A DNA stretch of 64,000 nucleotides from Planctomycetales bacterium (GCA_037441675.1 JBBIRS010000003.1:32001-96000); one strand, 5' to 3'; positions 26,899-36,444 are shown, numbered from the stretch's first letter. Made by a program: numbers and translations. Notes: generated from the letters alone by a model not told the origin.

Positions 26899-26930
26899 TG
26901 GCGGAGCAAAAAAGCTCCGCTAGTTTAGTT
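26899..26930 (+). terminator. intrinsic terminator-like hairpin preceded by an anti-SD tract
   Basis: GCGGAGC-aaaaaa-GCTCCGC (26901-26920) then tagtttagtt; ATCACCTCCTTT at 26878-26889. Confidence 0.5.
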
Positions 26931-27097
26931 ACGCCTTCATTTCTTCCTTAAGTCAACAGGGAAAAATATGAGCCAACTTGCGATTTCTTTGGCTTATGAC
27001 AGAAGCTAACTAATCACTATTAAACCAAGAAGTTAAAAATCAACTTAGGCTTTGGCGTATTATCTTGTACTGATTCGAAACTGAGGAGGTTGTTAAC

Positions 27098-27211
27098 CTG
27101 TAGGGCGCAGCTGAGGCACGGAGGGAGCAAGCGCCCCGCCCTAAAGTGTGAACCCTTTAGAATAAATCCTTCATTCTAACCGCGCGGTAGAAAATTTCCT
27201 TGTAGGGCGTT
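27098..27211. repeat. REP-like cluster upstream of proS
   Basis: CTGTAGGGCG...CGCCCTAAAG inverted ends, gtgtgaaccc motif, second TGTAGGGCG at 27201. Confidence 0.65.
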
Positions 27212-27238
27212 AGCTGGTAAAATAAACAATTTAAGTTT

Positions 27239-28711
27239 ATGAACACTTTTTCCGCAAAGTTCATCGCAAAGAAGTCAGAGAATCTCTCTCAATGGTACAC
27301 AGACGTAATCGCGCAGGCAGAGCTTGCAGATTATGCACCGGTGCGAGGTTGTATGGTTTATAGACCGTACGGTTACGCCATTTGGGAGAGGGTGAAAACA
27401 CTGCTTGACAGGCGCATAAAGGCAACAGGCGCAGAGGAAGCGTATTACCCACTTTTTATCCCGCGCTCATTTTTGCAACGTGAAGCAAGCCATGTGAAGG
27501 GTTTTTCCCCGGAAGTGGCATGGGTTACACATGGTGGCGGTGAAGAACTTTCAGAACCTCTTGCGGTTAGACCAACTTCAGAGGCGATTATTGGTGTAAT
27601 GTGGTCAAAGTGGATACAGTCATACCGAGACCTCCCGATAATGCATAACCAGTGGTGCAATGTGGTTCGTTGGGAGAAGGCAACGAGACCCTTCTTAAGA
27701 ACGCTAGAATTTCTCTGGCAGGAGGGGCATACCGCCCACAGAACCGAGCAAGAAGCGAGAGAAGAAACGATGAAGATACTCGAAGTTTATCGGAGCTTTG
27801 CCAGCGATGATTTGCTTTTATCGGTTCTTTCTGGGAAGAAGAGCGAATCCCAGAAATTCGCCGGCGCGGTTGAGACTTACACGATTGAGGCGGTTATGCC
27901 CGATGGAAAAGCCTTACAGTCGGGCACGAGTCATTTTCTCGGTCAAAATTTTTCCACCGCTTTTAACATCAAGTTCTTAGATGATGACGATATTGAGAAG
28001 TTCGTTTGGACCACAAGCTGGGGCGTTTCTCACAGGATAGTTGGCGGTCTAATTATGAGCCATGGCGATGATTCGGGCATTATTCTTCCGCCAAAGGTTG
28101 CACCGATCCAAGTGGTCATTGTTCCAATAATTTTCGATGAGAACAAATCTCAAATCCTTGAAACTGCGGAAAAGCTGGTGAAAATTCTTCAGAGAGGCGA
28201 GTATCAGGAGGAGAAGCTTCGCGTCAAGGCAGACCTTGATGAAACAACAAAGCCAGGTTTTAAGTTTGCTCACTGGGAGCTCAAGGGCGTTCCCATTCGC
28301 CTGGAGTTAGGGCCAAAGGACGTTGCCAATTCTCAACTTATTGCGGTTCCTAGAGACACAAGGCAAAAGGTTCCGCTTAAATTTGATCTTAGCTCCGCAA
28401 CTTTTGAATTTGATTCACTTTACCGATTGCTTGATGAATATGCTGGGAGGCTAAAATTAAGAGCCAAAGAGGAATTGGAAAAAAGGATAACCGAAACTGA
28501 TAACTATAACGATCTCAAGGAGTTCATAAGCTCCGGAAGGGGCTTGGTGCTCGCTGGCTGGGATGGTTTGACTGAAACGGAAGATATGGTGAAGGCGGAA
28601 ACATCGGCAACTATCCGCGTCTTGAAAAATAGCGTGAGTTCTGATAGTGTAAAATGTATCTATTCTGGTAGGCCCGCAAAGTATTTAGCGTACTGGGGTC
28701 TTGCCTATTGA
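27239..28711 (+). CDS. proS: prolyl-tRNA synthetase, archaeal/eukaryote-like type
   Basis: WY..VI..AELADY.PVRG, RPTSE, QWCNVVRWE...RPFLRT.EFLWQEGHT, ALQSGTSH.LGQNF, TSWG, C-terminal Tyr; no bacterial INS editing domain. Confidence 0.97.
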   Translation: MNTFSAKFIAKKSENLSQWYTDVIAQAELADYAPVRGCMVYRPYGYAIWERVKTLLDRRIKATGAEEAYYPLFIPRSFLQREASHVKGFSPEVAWVTHGGGEELSEPLAVRPTSEAIIGVMWSKWIQSYRDLPIMHNQWCNVVRWEKATRPFLRTLEFLWQEGHTAHRTEQEAREETMKILEVYRSFASDDLLLSVLSGKKSESQKFAGAVETYTIEAVMPDGKALQSGTSHFLGQNFSTAFNIKFLDDDDIEKFVWTTSWGVSHRIVGGLIMSHGDDSGIILPPKVAPIQVVIVPIIFDENKSQILETAEKLVKILQRGEYQEEKLRVKADLDETTKPGFKFAHWELKGVPIRLELGPKDVANSQLIAVPRDTRQKVPLKFDLSSATFEFDSLYRLLDEYAGRLKLRAKEELEKRITETDNYNDLKEFISSGRGLVLAGWDGLTETEDMVKAETSATIRVLKNSVSSDSVKCIYSGRPAKYLAYWGLAY

Positions 28712-28742
28712 TGGTATATTGGGTATTTTGATGAGGTGGAAA

Positions 28743-29909
28743 ATGAAAATTGCTCAGGTAATTGGCTTATTGAGTCTTTTCTTACTGTTGTTTTCTATAT
28801 CAATGCGCACCATTGCAATAGCGCAGGACACTGGCGCCAAGGGCTGGGAACTTGAGTACTCGGCTGAGGTTGCAGCGGAAAAGCTACTTAAGTCCGTCGT
28901 CTTAGTTGAGACTCGGTTTGATAAACCTAGGAACGATGACAAGTATCTTCCCTGGGCTTACTTCCGTGGAGGTAGACCACTTAAGGGTCTTTACGGTTCT
29001 GGTTTTGTTTACAAAGACCCAAGGTATGTGATTACGAATTATTTTATTCTAGATAACGCAGAGTATATAAGAGTAGTGACCTGGGACGGCAAAGCCTATC
29101 CGGCAAAGTTAAAGGCAAAGAGTGAACCTTTCCGCATTGCGGTTTTAGAGGTGGATTGGGGACCGAATGCGGATGTTGTTCCCGTCAAATTAGCTTCGCC
29201 TGATGATTTAGCTGTAGGTGAACCCATTTCCATCACTGGACGCTCGGAGACTGGGAGGGACTACGTGAGCACAGTTGGTGTAATTTCCGCAATTAGAAAA
29301 CAAATCCCCACAGTTGAAGTTCCAACGGAAGAGTTCATTCAGTTTGACGCCGCTTTCTCCCTTCCAATGACTGGAGCGCCACTGGTAAACGTCCGCGGTG
29401 AGGTGGTTGGAATGGTTTCAGGCACGGTGACGGAGTTTGGAGGTTCAAACATCAACCTCGCAGTGCCTGTCGGCGATTTAGAAATGATTGCGGATAGGAT
29501 TATTGCGGGCAAAACTGAAACTCCGTGGAGTGGTATGGAAGGAATGGTTTTAACGCCTCAAATCAGAATGTTAAACAAAATCCCAGAGAGAATCTCTCAA
29601 GGGCTGTTTGTCACCTACGTTGAACCTGGAAGTCCCGCTGACATTTCGGGATTAAAGCCCGCAGATGTTATCCTCAGCCTTGATGATACCACTATCACTC
29701 AGGTGTTTGACTATAACGCATTTATGCGCAGAGTTGAAGTTGGACAAGTCATACACATAAAATATTGGCGATTTGTTCCAGGAGTTTCAGATAATCCCAG
29801 CGCAACCGGTGGCGACATTTTTGAAACGGTTATGCAGATAGTGCCTGCTCCAGAAGAGGGAGAAGAAGGATCTTCTTCCTCTAGCTCTGGCTCGTACCAT
29901 CATCATTAA
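28743..29909 (+). CDS. HtrA/DegP-like S1C + PDZ protein lacking catalytic triad (pseudoprotease)
   Basis: GAGGTG SD before ATG 28743; signal peptide; YGSGFV, G.ISA, FIQFDAA, PLVN.RGEVVG, PDZ; His site TNYFI, Asp site FRIA, Ser site PMTGAP; acidic/Ser-rich tail ending HHH. Confidence 0.87.
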   Translation: MKIAQVIGLLSLFLLLFSISMRTIAIAQDTGAKGWELEYSAEVAAEKLLKSVVLVETRFDKPRNDDKYLPWAYFRGGRPLKGLYGSGFVYKDPRYVITNYFILDNAEYIRVVTWDGKAYPAKLKAKSEPFRIAVLEVDWGPNADVVPVKLASPDDLAVGEPISITGRSETGRDYVSTVGVISAIRKQIPTVEVPTEEFIQFDAAFSLPMTGAPLVNVRGEVVGMVSGTVTEFGGSNINLAVPVGDLEMIADRIIAGKTETPWSGMEGMVLTPQIRMLNKIPERISQGLFVTYVEPGSPADISGLKPADVILSLDDTTITQVFDYNAFMRRVEVGQVIHIKYWRFVPGVSDNPSATGGDIFETVMQIVPAPEEGEEGSSSSSSGSYHHH

Positions 29910-29921
29910 TAAATGAAATCC

Positions 29922-30030
29922 CCCTGTAGTGAGGGTTCACACTGTAGTGCGGAGGGCTTGCCCCGCCGTCGCCTCATTCAGAATGTAGGGCGGTCACAGG
30001 TTTCCTTCGCGGTGAAACCATACTACAGAG
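29922..30030. repeat. REP/REPIN-like cluster upstream of glyA
   Basis: Three TGTAG starts (CTGTAGTGAGG, CTGTAGTGCGG, TGTAGGGCGG) and terminal CTACAG; reverse complement matches 19743-19763 and 25415-25436. Confidence 0.7.
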
Positions 30031-30157
30031 GGGATCAGAGAGAGAAGTTAATAGCGCTCGGAAGAATCAATATCTGCGTTAGTGTTTCATACTGATATAA
30101 TTTACACAAGCAATTTATGCATTCTTGAGAACGGAGCGCTCGTAATGGGAGCGGTAT

Positions 30158-31495
30158 ATGAATAATTATCTTGAATTTCTGAGAAAGACGGATCCGGAGA
30201 TTTACTGCGTAGTGGTGCGAGAGTATTATCGTCAGCATAAGAATTTAGAGCTTATCGCGTCTGAGAATTTTGTCTCCCGTGCTGTTCTTGAGACGATGGG
30301 CACCTGCCTCACAAACAAATATGCGGAAGGATATCCCGGCAAACGCTACTACGGAGGGTGCGAGTATGTGGACATGGCGGAGAGGCTGGTGCGAAAGCGA
30401 GCCAAGGCACTTTTCGGTTGCGAGCATGTGAATGCACAGCCTCATGCAGGCGCGCAGGCGAATATGGCGGTTTATATGGCTTTGATGGCGCCCGAGGACG
30501 TCCTTCTCGGAATGAATTTATCCCATGGCGGGCATTTAACACATGGCCACCCGCTGAACTTTTCCGGAAAGTATTTCACTGTGGTTCCTTACGGCGTTGA
30601 TAGGGAAAGTGAAACCATTGATTATGACGAGCTTAGAAGGCTTGCCAACGAGCATAAGCCGAAGCTCATAATGGCTGGTGCATCCGCGTATCCTCGTATC
30701 ACTCATTACGATAAGTTTCGTGAAATTGCTGATGAGGTTGGGGCATACTTAGTCTCGGATATTGCGCATATTGCGGGGTTAATTGTGGCGGGACTTCATC
30801 CTAATCCCGTTCCCTACTGCCATGTGGTAACTAGCACTATTCACAAGACGATGCGCGGTCCTCGCTCTGGAATGATTATGTGCGTGAAGGACTTGAAGAA
30901 GGAAATAGACAAAGCGGTCTTCCCGGGCGTTCAGGGTGGACCACTTATGCATATAATTGCGGCGAAGGCGGTCTGCTTGAAGGAGGCGATGACGGAGGAG
31001 TTTAGAGAGTATCAGAGGCAGATTGTGAGGAATGCACAGGCTTTGGCGAAGGCTTTTATCGAGCGTGGATTTCGCCTTGTCTCAGGCGGAACGGATACGC
31101 ACCTTATGCTTATAGATGTGAAAGCGAAGGGACTGCTTGGCGTGGAAGCACAGGAGAGGCTTGATGAAGTGAATATTACGGTGAATAAAAACGCAATTCC
31201 CTTTGACACGGAACCTCCAATGAAGGCAAGCGGGATAAGGATTGGCACGCCCGCGGTTACGACTCGCGGGATGAAGGAACCTGAGATGGAAGTTATTGCG
31301 GAGCTTATAACTCGAGCGCTATTGGGGAAGCGCACTGAAGAAGAAACTAAGGACATTCGTGCAAAGGTTGAGGAGCTCACGAGTTCCTTCCCTCTATACG
31401 AGTGGGCTTGGAAGGACGCGCTTTCGGAGGTGGAAGAGCTTGAGGCTGAGTGGGCACTTGCCAAAGAAGATGAAAAATTAGAAGTTGAAGTGTAG
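30158..31495 (+). CDS. glyA: serine hydroxymethyltransferase
   Basis: [52 protein letters not shown] lysine, [21 protein letters not shown]. Confidence 0.98.
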   Translation: MNNYLEFLRKTDPEIYCVVVREYYRQHKNLELIASENFVSRAVLETMGTCLTNKYAEGYPGKRYYGGCEYVDMAERLVRKRAKALFGCEHVNAQPHAGAQANMAVYMALMAPEDVLLGMNLSHGGHLTHGHPLNFSGKYFTVVPYGVDRESETIDYDELRRLANEHKPKLIMAGASAYPRITHYDKFREIADEVGAYLVSDIAHIAGLIVAGLHPNPVPYCHVVTSTIHKTMRGPRSGMIMCVKDLKKEIDKAVFPGVQGGPLMHIIAAKAVCLKEAMTEEFREYQRQIVRNAQALAKAFIERGFRLVSGGTDTHLMLIDVKAKGLLGVEAQERLDEVNITVNKNAIPFDTEPPMKASGIRIGTPAVTTRGMKEPEMEVIAELITRALLGKRTEEETKDIRAKVEELTSSFPLYEWAWKDALSEVEELEAEWALAKEDEKLEVEV

Positions 31496-31612
31496 GGTAA
31501 TTACTGAAAGTAGGTGAAAGAGGTCGTTATCCCATACTAGTAATATCGTCGCGCACCTGCTTGTTTCAAATGCATTCCAGACTTTGTGATGAACCACTTC
31601 TTTCCGAGAGTA

Positions 31613-31729
31613 TTTCAGTAAGCGGAGAAACTTTTCCATAGTTAATCCGGAGGCACTGATAAGCGTGCACATCCTCCCATACGTAAGTTCTTTGTTGATC
31701 GGGATTGGAAGATTTGCACTTACGCATTT
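31613..31729 (-). pseudogene. remnant of a HicA-family toxin C-terminus
   Basis: Frame reads KCVSANLPIPINKELTYGRMCTLISASGLTMEKFLRLLK, resembling the HicA C-terminal pattern (iPxHkEl.xGtl..ii..aGlt.eeF..ll); in-frame TGA upstream and no N-terminal half. Confidence 0.5.
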
Positions 31730-31877
31730 TATAGCTTCAGTTCAATTTTGAGCTTTATCAAGCCAGGATTTTGCGTTCGCTATATCGCGATAGTTTTACG
31801 TCTATCATAAAACATCGACTATTAAAATTTTTTGGGAATCTGTCTAGGTAAAGTTTTTTTGTTTGAGGAAGCTGGAA

Positions 31878-32320
31878 ATGAAAGCCATTTTTAGTACTTT
31901 TATTTTTTGAGTCTGTTTTTGCTACTCTATCCTACCGTTTCTTTTGCAGGGCAGTACAGCGAACTAATTAAACAGATCACAGACCAAGTTGCAAAGTTCA
32001 ACAAGGAGCTGGAACTAGGTAATATGGACAGGGGAGATGAGCTACTGAGACAAGCGCTCCACCTTGTTCAAAGACAGGTTGAGATTTACGCCGCAATGAA
32101 TCCTGATGGTTTCTATCCCAAGTGCATCTGTAACGAGACCAATGGGCATCTACTCTTATGCATATTTTCTACAGCCCTTTCGCCACTTAAACGACGACCT
32201 TTAGCGTTTTTTGAGTGGAGCCGTTTAGGTTTTATAAACTTTGAGGAACTACCTGCGGGCGCTTTCTTTTATTTACCCGACTTGAATGATGATGGCAAAG
32301 GCTGGTTAAAAGGGCGCTAG
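31878..32320 (+). pseudogene. frameshifted, truncated secreted protein gene
   Basis: ATG 31878 frame stops at TGA 31908 at the end of a T6 run; one extra T joins it to ORF 31907-32320 giving signal peptide MKAIFSTFIFLSLFLLLYPTVSFAG; ORF ends just after DLNDDGK. Confidence 0.55.
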
Positions 32321-32443
32321 TGGAGCTAGAAGGTTGCATTGGACCAAGACCAAGTTAAAAGTAATTTCATTAGCCCTTTTACAGAAGACTAATTTCTCGC
32401 GATAGCAAAGAGCTAGCTAGAATATTCTCTCCTCTGGAATAAT

Positions 32444-33151
32444 TTACTTTACATACTCTTTCAGAAATGGATAGCGGTTAATTATCCTTTCTTTATCTTC
32501 TAAAAGGAGATAATCGCCAGTGGTATCTAACTCTGAAACGCTGTTGTGGTACTTCATTACGCTTTTAGGGTTTTTTGAATGGGAAAGCATAAGCGTGTGT
32601 CCTAGCTCGTGAAGGGAAACTTTAGCGAGTCTTCTTAAGTAGAGTTTTCTTTTATCCTTTTCGGAAATCGTGAAGTTTCGTGAAATAAGCTGAGCGTCTG
32701 AGATAATGGCGGACTTACCACCAGGTAGAGCTAAGCCAAAGATGAAGTTGTATCCGGGAAGAAACAAGTCCTCGCGGATAAGAAAAATGACCCTGAAAGC
32801 TTGTTCCTTGCGGTAGCGAGAATTTAGAGTTCCAAGAGCGAGTTGAGCATTTACTTGATTTCTCTTCTTATCAAGAAAATCCTCTGGGAGAATTTCTATC
32901 TTTCCTATTGTGTAGGAGAATGCGATTTGCGTCGAAAGATGATTGATAATATCTGTGAGAGTATCCTTGGAGATTGATTCTGATTTATCATTTTCCAGCA
33001 TAACAGGAACGATTAACACATTCGGAGCGTTATTCATTTTCCTATCCTCTTTTTCAGGTAGAGCTTTTTGAATGCCAATGATTCCAGCTAGCCCAAGCGC
33101 TACTGCTAGAGCGGATGTAAATAAGAGGCTTGCGAGATACTTTGATGTCAT
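32444..33151 (-). CDS. archaemetzincin-like (peptidase M54) Zn metalloprotease with N-terminal anchor
   Basis: RNQ, DLFLPGYNFIFGLA, RRLAKVSLHELGHTLMLSH..., Met-turn SVM, NSVSELD; ATGA overlap with ribD. Confidence 0.8.
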   Translation of the reverse strand: MTSKYLASLLFTSALAVALGLAGIIGIQKALPEKEDRKMNNAPNVLIVPVMLENDKSESISKDTLTDIINHLSTQIAFSYTIGKIEILPEDFLDKKRNQVNAQLALGTLNSRYRKEQAFRVIFLIREDLFLPGYNFIFGLALPGGKSAIISDAQLISRNFTISEKDKRKLYLRRLAKVSLHELGHTLMLSHSKNPKSVMKYHNSVSELDTTGDYLLLEDKERIINRYPFLKEYVK

Positions 33152-34503
33152 TTGCTTTTTGCAAAAGGCGTGATGAAATCATCAAGATAGCCACTTATGA
33201 GGTAGTCTCTGCCAAGCGGAACGCTAAGAGTGTAGGATAATCTCGGAGCATTTTCAATCTTTTCAAGCTCTAATTTCGGAGAATACCCAATGCCATTACT
33301 TCCCAAAAACATTGGCGCTAATACGAGATCAAGTCTTTGGCAAGCTTTTTGTTTTAATAGATTGCTTGCAACACCTGCCCCGCCTTCAACTAGGACGGAG
33401 CTTATACCAAGTTTCTCAAGCGAATTCCAGGCTTTTTCGTAGTTAAGCGTATCATTTTTTGATTCAAGCTGGATGATTTCAACTCCTGAGGGCAAGTTGC
33501 GAACCTGAGGTTTGGATTTTTCCGCGCCAATGAAGATTAGCCAGGGCAAATTTTCCCTTATTGGTAAGCTTTTTTTGAAAATGTTGAGGGGAGGCAGGGT
33601 TAGGGCGCTCTCTGAGAAACGAGATTTTTCTTCTATCGGGTTATCACTTGCAGGGATTCGCTCTAGTTCTGTAATTTCGTCTTCCTGCTGGGAAGATAAT
33701 GCTTCAATCTTTTTTGGCAGATCTTCGTCCTGAAGGACCGAGAAGTTTGGGTCAATGATTACTCTTGCGGGATGCCTGATTATCACCCTTGGCGTATCCT
33801 CTTGCAGGAATTCGCTGAGGATGGCTTTTCTAACTGTTAATCTCGGGTTGTCCGCGAGGACTGTTCCAACACCAACTAATACTGCATCGTGAACGAGCCT
33901 GAGATAGTGGGCATAACCGCGACTTATCTTTCCGCTAATCCACTTTGAGTCTTTGTTAGAGAGGGCAATCTTGCCGTCAATGGAAGCGGCAAGTTTGAGA
34001 ACGACGAAGACGCCTTTTTTTAAGTGTCTGTAGAAATAGGCATCGTTGAGCCTTGCGGTGGCAAAGGGTAGGAGAGGTCCATTAACTTGAACTTGTGCGT
34101 CAAGGAGTATCTTCATTGCCCGTCTGCAGGTCAGTGGATTTGGGTCATAGCTTGCGAAGACAACTCTCTTGACCTTTGCCTCTATTAGAGCGGAGGTGCA
34201 GGGTGGTTGATTGCCGAAATGAGTGCAGGGTTCAAGATTAACGTAAACTTCCGCACCTTCCGCGCGCTCTTTCGCGATTGATAGTGCAAGAACTTCCGCA
34301 TGTTCTTTGCCGAAGAAGCGGTGAATTCCTACTCCAAGCGTTTCATTGTTCTTCACAACCTTTGCTGAAACCATTGGATTTGGAGAAGTGTTACCCGCGC
34401 CAAGTAGGCTCAAGTAAAGGGTTTCTTCCAGGTGTTTCTCGTCAGTTGTACCTCTGATCTCATCGGAACAAACTTCACCAACTATGCGCCTTAGCGGATT
34501 CAT
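33148..34503 (-). CDS. ribD: bifunctional riboflavin deaminase/reductase
   Basis: TSPNPMV, HAE, NLEPCTH....PPC, KLAASIDG, SKWIS, VGVGTVLADNPRLT.R, LVEGG; internal insertion. Confidence 0.95.
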   Translation of the reverse strand: MNPLRRIVGEVCSDEIRGTTDEKHLEETLYLSLLGAGNTSPNPMVSAKVVKNNETLGVGIHRFFGKEHAEVLALSIAKERAEGAEVYVNLEPCTHFGNQPPCTSALIEAKVKRVVFASYDPNPLTCRRAMKILLDAQVQVNGPLLPFATARLNDAYFYRHLKKGVFVVLKLAASIDGKIALSNKDSKWISGKISRGYAHYLRLVHDAVLVGVGTVLADNPRLTVRKAILSEFLQEDTPRVIIRHPARVIIDPNFSVLQDEDLPKKIEALSSQQEDEITELERIPASDNPIEEKSRFSESALTLPPLNIFKKSLPIRENLPWLIFIGAEKSKPQVRNLPSGVEIIQLESKNDTLNYEKAWNSLEKLGISSVLVEGGAGVASNLLKQKACQRLDLVLAPMFLGSNGIGYSPKLELEKIENAPRLSYTLSVPLGRDYLISGYLDDFITPFAKSK

Positions 34504-34580
34504 CCGCTCAATTTTAACAGAAGATTTAGTTTATAAAGCCTTGAGAGTGTACGCTTCTTTAGCATAACTTTAGTTTTATT

Positions 34581-35342
34581 TCAGGCTTCATACCTAATGA
34601 GAGCGAAGTTGTTTGAGAGAATATCTACATACCTCACCTTTCTCGATCTCCTGGAAACTTCTCGCAGAATCTGTGGAAGAATCTCAATTCTTGCGCCTAT
34701 GTCTTCAACTTCCTGCAATTTTCCTACTTTTATCAGCAGACGATTACGAGTAACAAGGGACATCTCATAATTATCGTTAATTATCATTTCCTCTATTTTC
34801 CTTGGGGCTAATTTTTCTAACTTTCTTGCGCTGAAGAGAATGGCGGAAACTGTTTTTGGCTCGTTAAGCACCTCTCTCGCGTCAGCTCTGATAGTTACTT
34901 GAGTTCGGATTGCGTCAAAAATTTCACCCTTATCTTCATCAGGTATCATCGGCAGAAGAGTTCCGTCCGTGCAGAGCCAGAATTTTCCCCCACCGCTTAT
35001 AACCCTAAAAAGAGGTCTATACTCTATAAGGGAGATTATTAGTGCATTACCAATTTTATATGTATGAGCCTTCTTGATGAGCCGATGACTCTTGAGTTTT
35101 TTGTTTATAATACTTAGCGGAACTTTCCCCCTCATTCTCTCGATATTAACGCCAGCGAGCTTGAGGACATCATCTGTGAGAAGAAGATAATTACCGAGAA
35201 TGCTGATTCTCTTGATCTTATCTAGTTTGACACTACTACTTGGGACGGCAAGGGAAACCGCAAAGTAACTAACAAGAATGAAAGCTATTATGAATATAGT
35301 GAGGGTAAAGTAGAAAGCTGTGAGGTAATTGTTCTTCATCAC
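34581..35342 (-). CDS. ftsQ: cell division protein FtsQ/DivIB
   Basis: Single TM, POTRA-like (I.ILGN.LL..D.V), I.L.EYRP, C-terminal YVD; position after ddl. Confidence 0.72.
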   Translation of the reverse strand: MMKNNYLTAFYFTLTIFIIAFILVSYFAVSLAVPSSSVKLDKIKRISILGNYLLLTDDVLKLAGVNIERMRGKVPLSIINKKLKSHRLIKKAHTYKIGNALIISLIEYRPLFRVISGGGKFWLCTDGTLLPMIPDEDKGEIFDAIRTQVTIRADAREVLNEPKTVSAILFSARKLEKLAPRKIEEMIINDNYEMSLVTRNRLLIKVGKLQEVEDIGARIEILPQILREVSRRSRKVRYVDILSNNFALIRYEA

Positions 35343-35343
35343 C

Positions 35344-36369
35344 TTAGTCTGCGAGCGCTAAGTATAGAAGAATGATAATAAGCTCACCGTAGGAAATACC
35401 GACGGAAGCGGACGCTTGCGGGAAGAGGGAAATGTCGGTAAAGCCGGGAAGGGTATTTGCCTCGAGGAAGTAGTGAGTTCCGTCATTATTTATCATGGTG
35501 TCAAACCTAACGTAGGGAGAAAAGTCTATGAATCGATAGATGACCGAGGAATTTAAGGCGAGCTTCTCTTGAGTTTCAGGATTTATTCTAGCTGGGATAA
35601 TGTAGTCAGTCTCGCCAGTTGTATATTTGGCTTTATAATCGTAGAATGGCTCTCTTTTTGGCGCAATTTCAACAAGCGGGAGGACAATTGGTTTTTGGCG
35701 AGTTCCCAATACCGCAACAGTTACTTCCTTGCCTTCAATGAACTCTTCCACAATAATCTCACTGTAGGTTTCAAGATTTGCTCTGGCGACTTTTAATAGA
35801 TTGTCCCTGTCCACGATATGGACGCCGATGCTACTTCCTTCTTTGGCTGGCTTGACTACAAATTTCTTTGCGCCTAGCTCGGCAAATTCAGTTATGCTCT
35901 CAAGGTTTGTTTCTTTTCCGATGATGTGGATGAAGGCGGGGGTGTTCAAACCAAGTGCGTTGACGAGAGACTTAAAGAGGGCTTTGTTCATTCCGATGAC
36001 GGATGCTTGAACTCCTGCACCGACGTAGGGAAATGAAATCGCGTCCAGGTAGCCCTGGATGGTGCCGTCTTCGCCTTTACCGCCATGAAGGGTGAGAAAG
36101 CCTGCGCTAAAGGAGCCGGGCAGAGTACTTTGGAGAGTATCATAATTCAAATCAACTAGTTCCGCATTGAGCCCGTTCATCAACATTGCCTCAAGGACTT
36201 TCTTCCCACTGGCAAGAGAGACTTCACGCTCCTTTGAATCCCCACCGCAGATGACTGCTATTTTCAAAGAACTGAGCTTATTTCGGAATTGTTGCGCTTT
36301 GTCTCTAATTTCTAACAGTTCCTCAGCTCCAAGGAGAACTGAGGGTTGCGTGTCATAGTTGATAAGCAT
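35344..36369 (-). CDS. ddl: D-alanine--D-alanine ligase
   Basis: GGDSKEREVSL.SG, LHGGKGEDG.IQG, VKP..EGSSIG, EEFIEG.E, FYDYKAKY, LEANTLPG. Confidence 0.96.
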   Translation of the reverse strand: MLINYDTQPSVLLGAEELLEIRDKAQQFRNKLSSLKIAVICGGDSKEREVSLASGKKVLEAMLMNGLNAELVDLNYDTLQSTLPGSFSAGFLTLHGGKGEDGTIQGYLDAISFPYVGAGVQASVIGMNKALFKSLVNALGLNTPAFIHIIGKETNLESITEFAELGAKKFVVKPAKEGSSIGVHIVDRDNLLKVARANLETYSEIIVEEFIEGKEVTVAVLGTRQKPIVLPLVEIAPKREPFYDYKAKYTTGETDYIIPARINPETQEKLALNSSVIYRFIDFSPYVRFDTMINNDGTHYFLEANTLPGFTDISLFPQASASVGISYGELIIILLYLALAD

Positions 36370-36444
36370 TTCTTTCTACATTTTTGAATTTAATCCGCTT
36401 TTTGACTAGAAAGTGGCGGAATGCATACCAAACTTTATGGTCTC

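Noticed and set aside
1..30030. CRISPR array interpretation of the repeats
   Set aside because: Copies are dispersed, degenerate and lack regular repeat-spacer periodicity; no cas genes.
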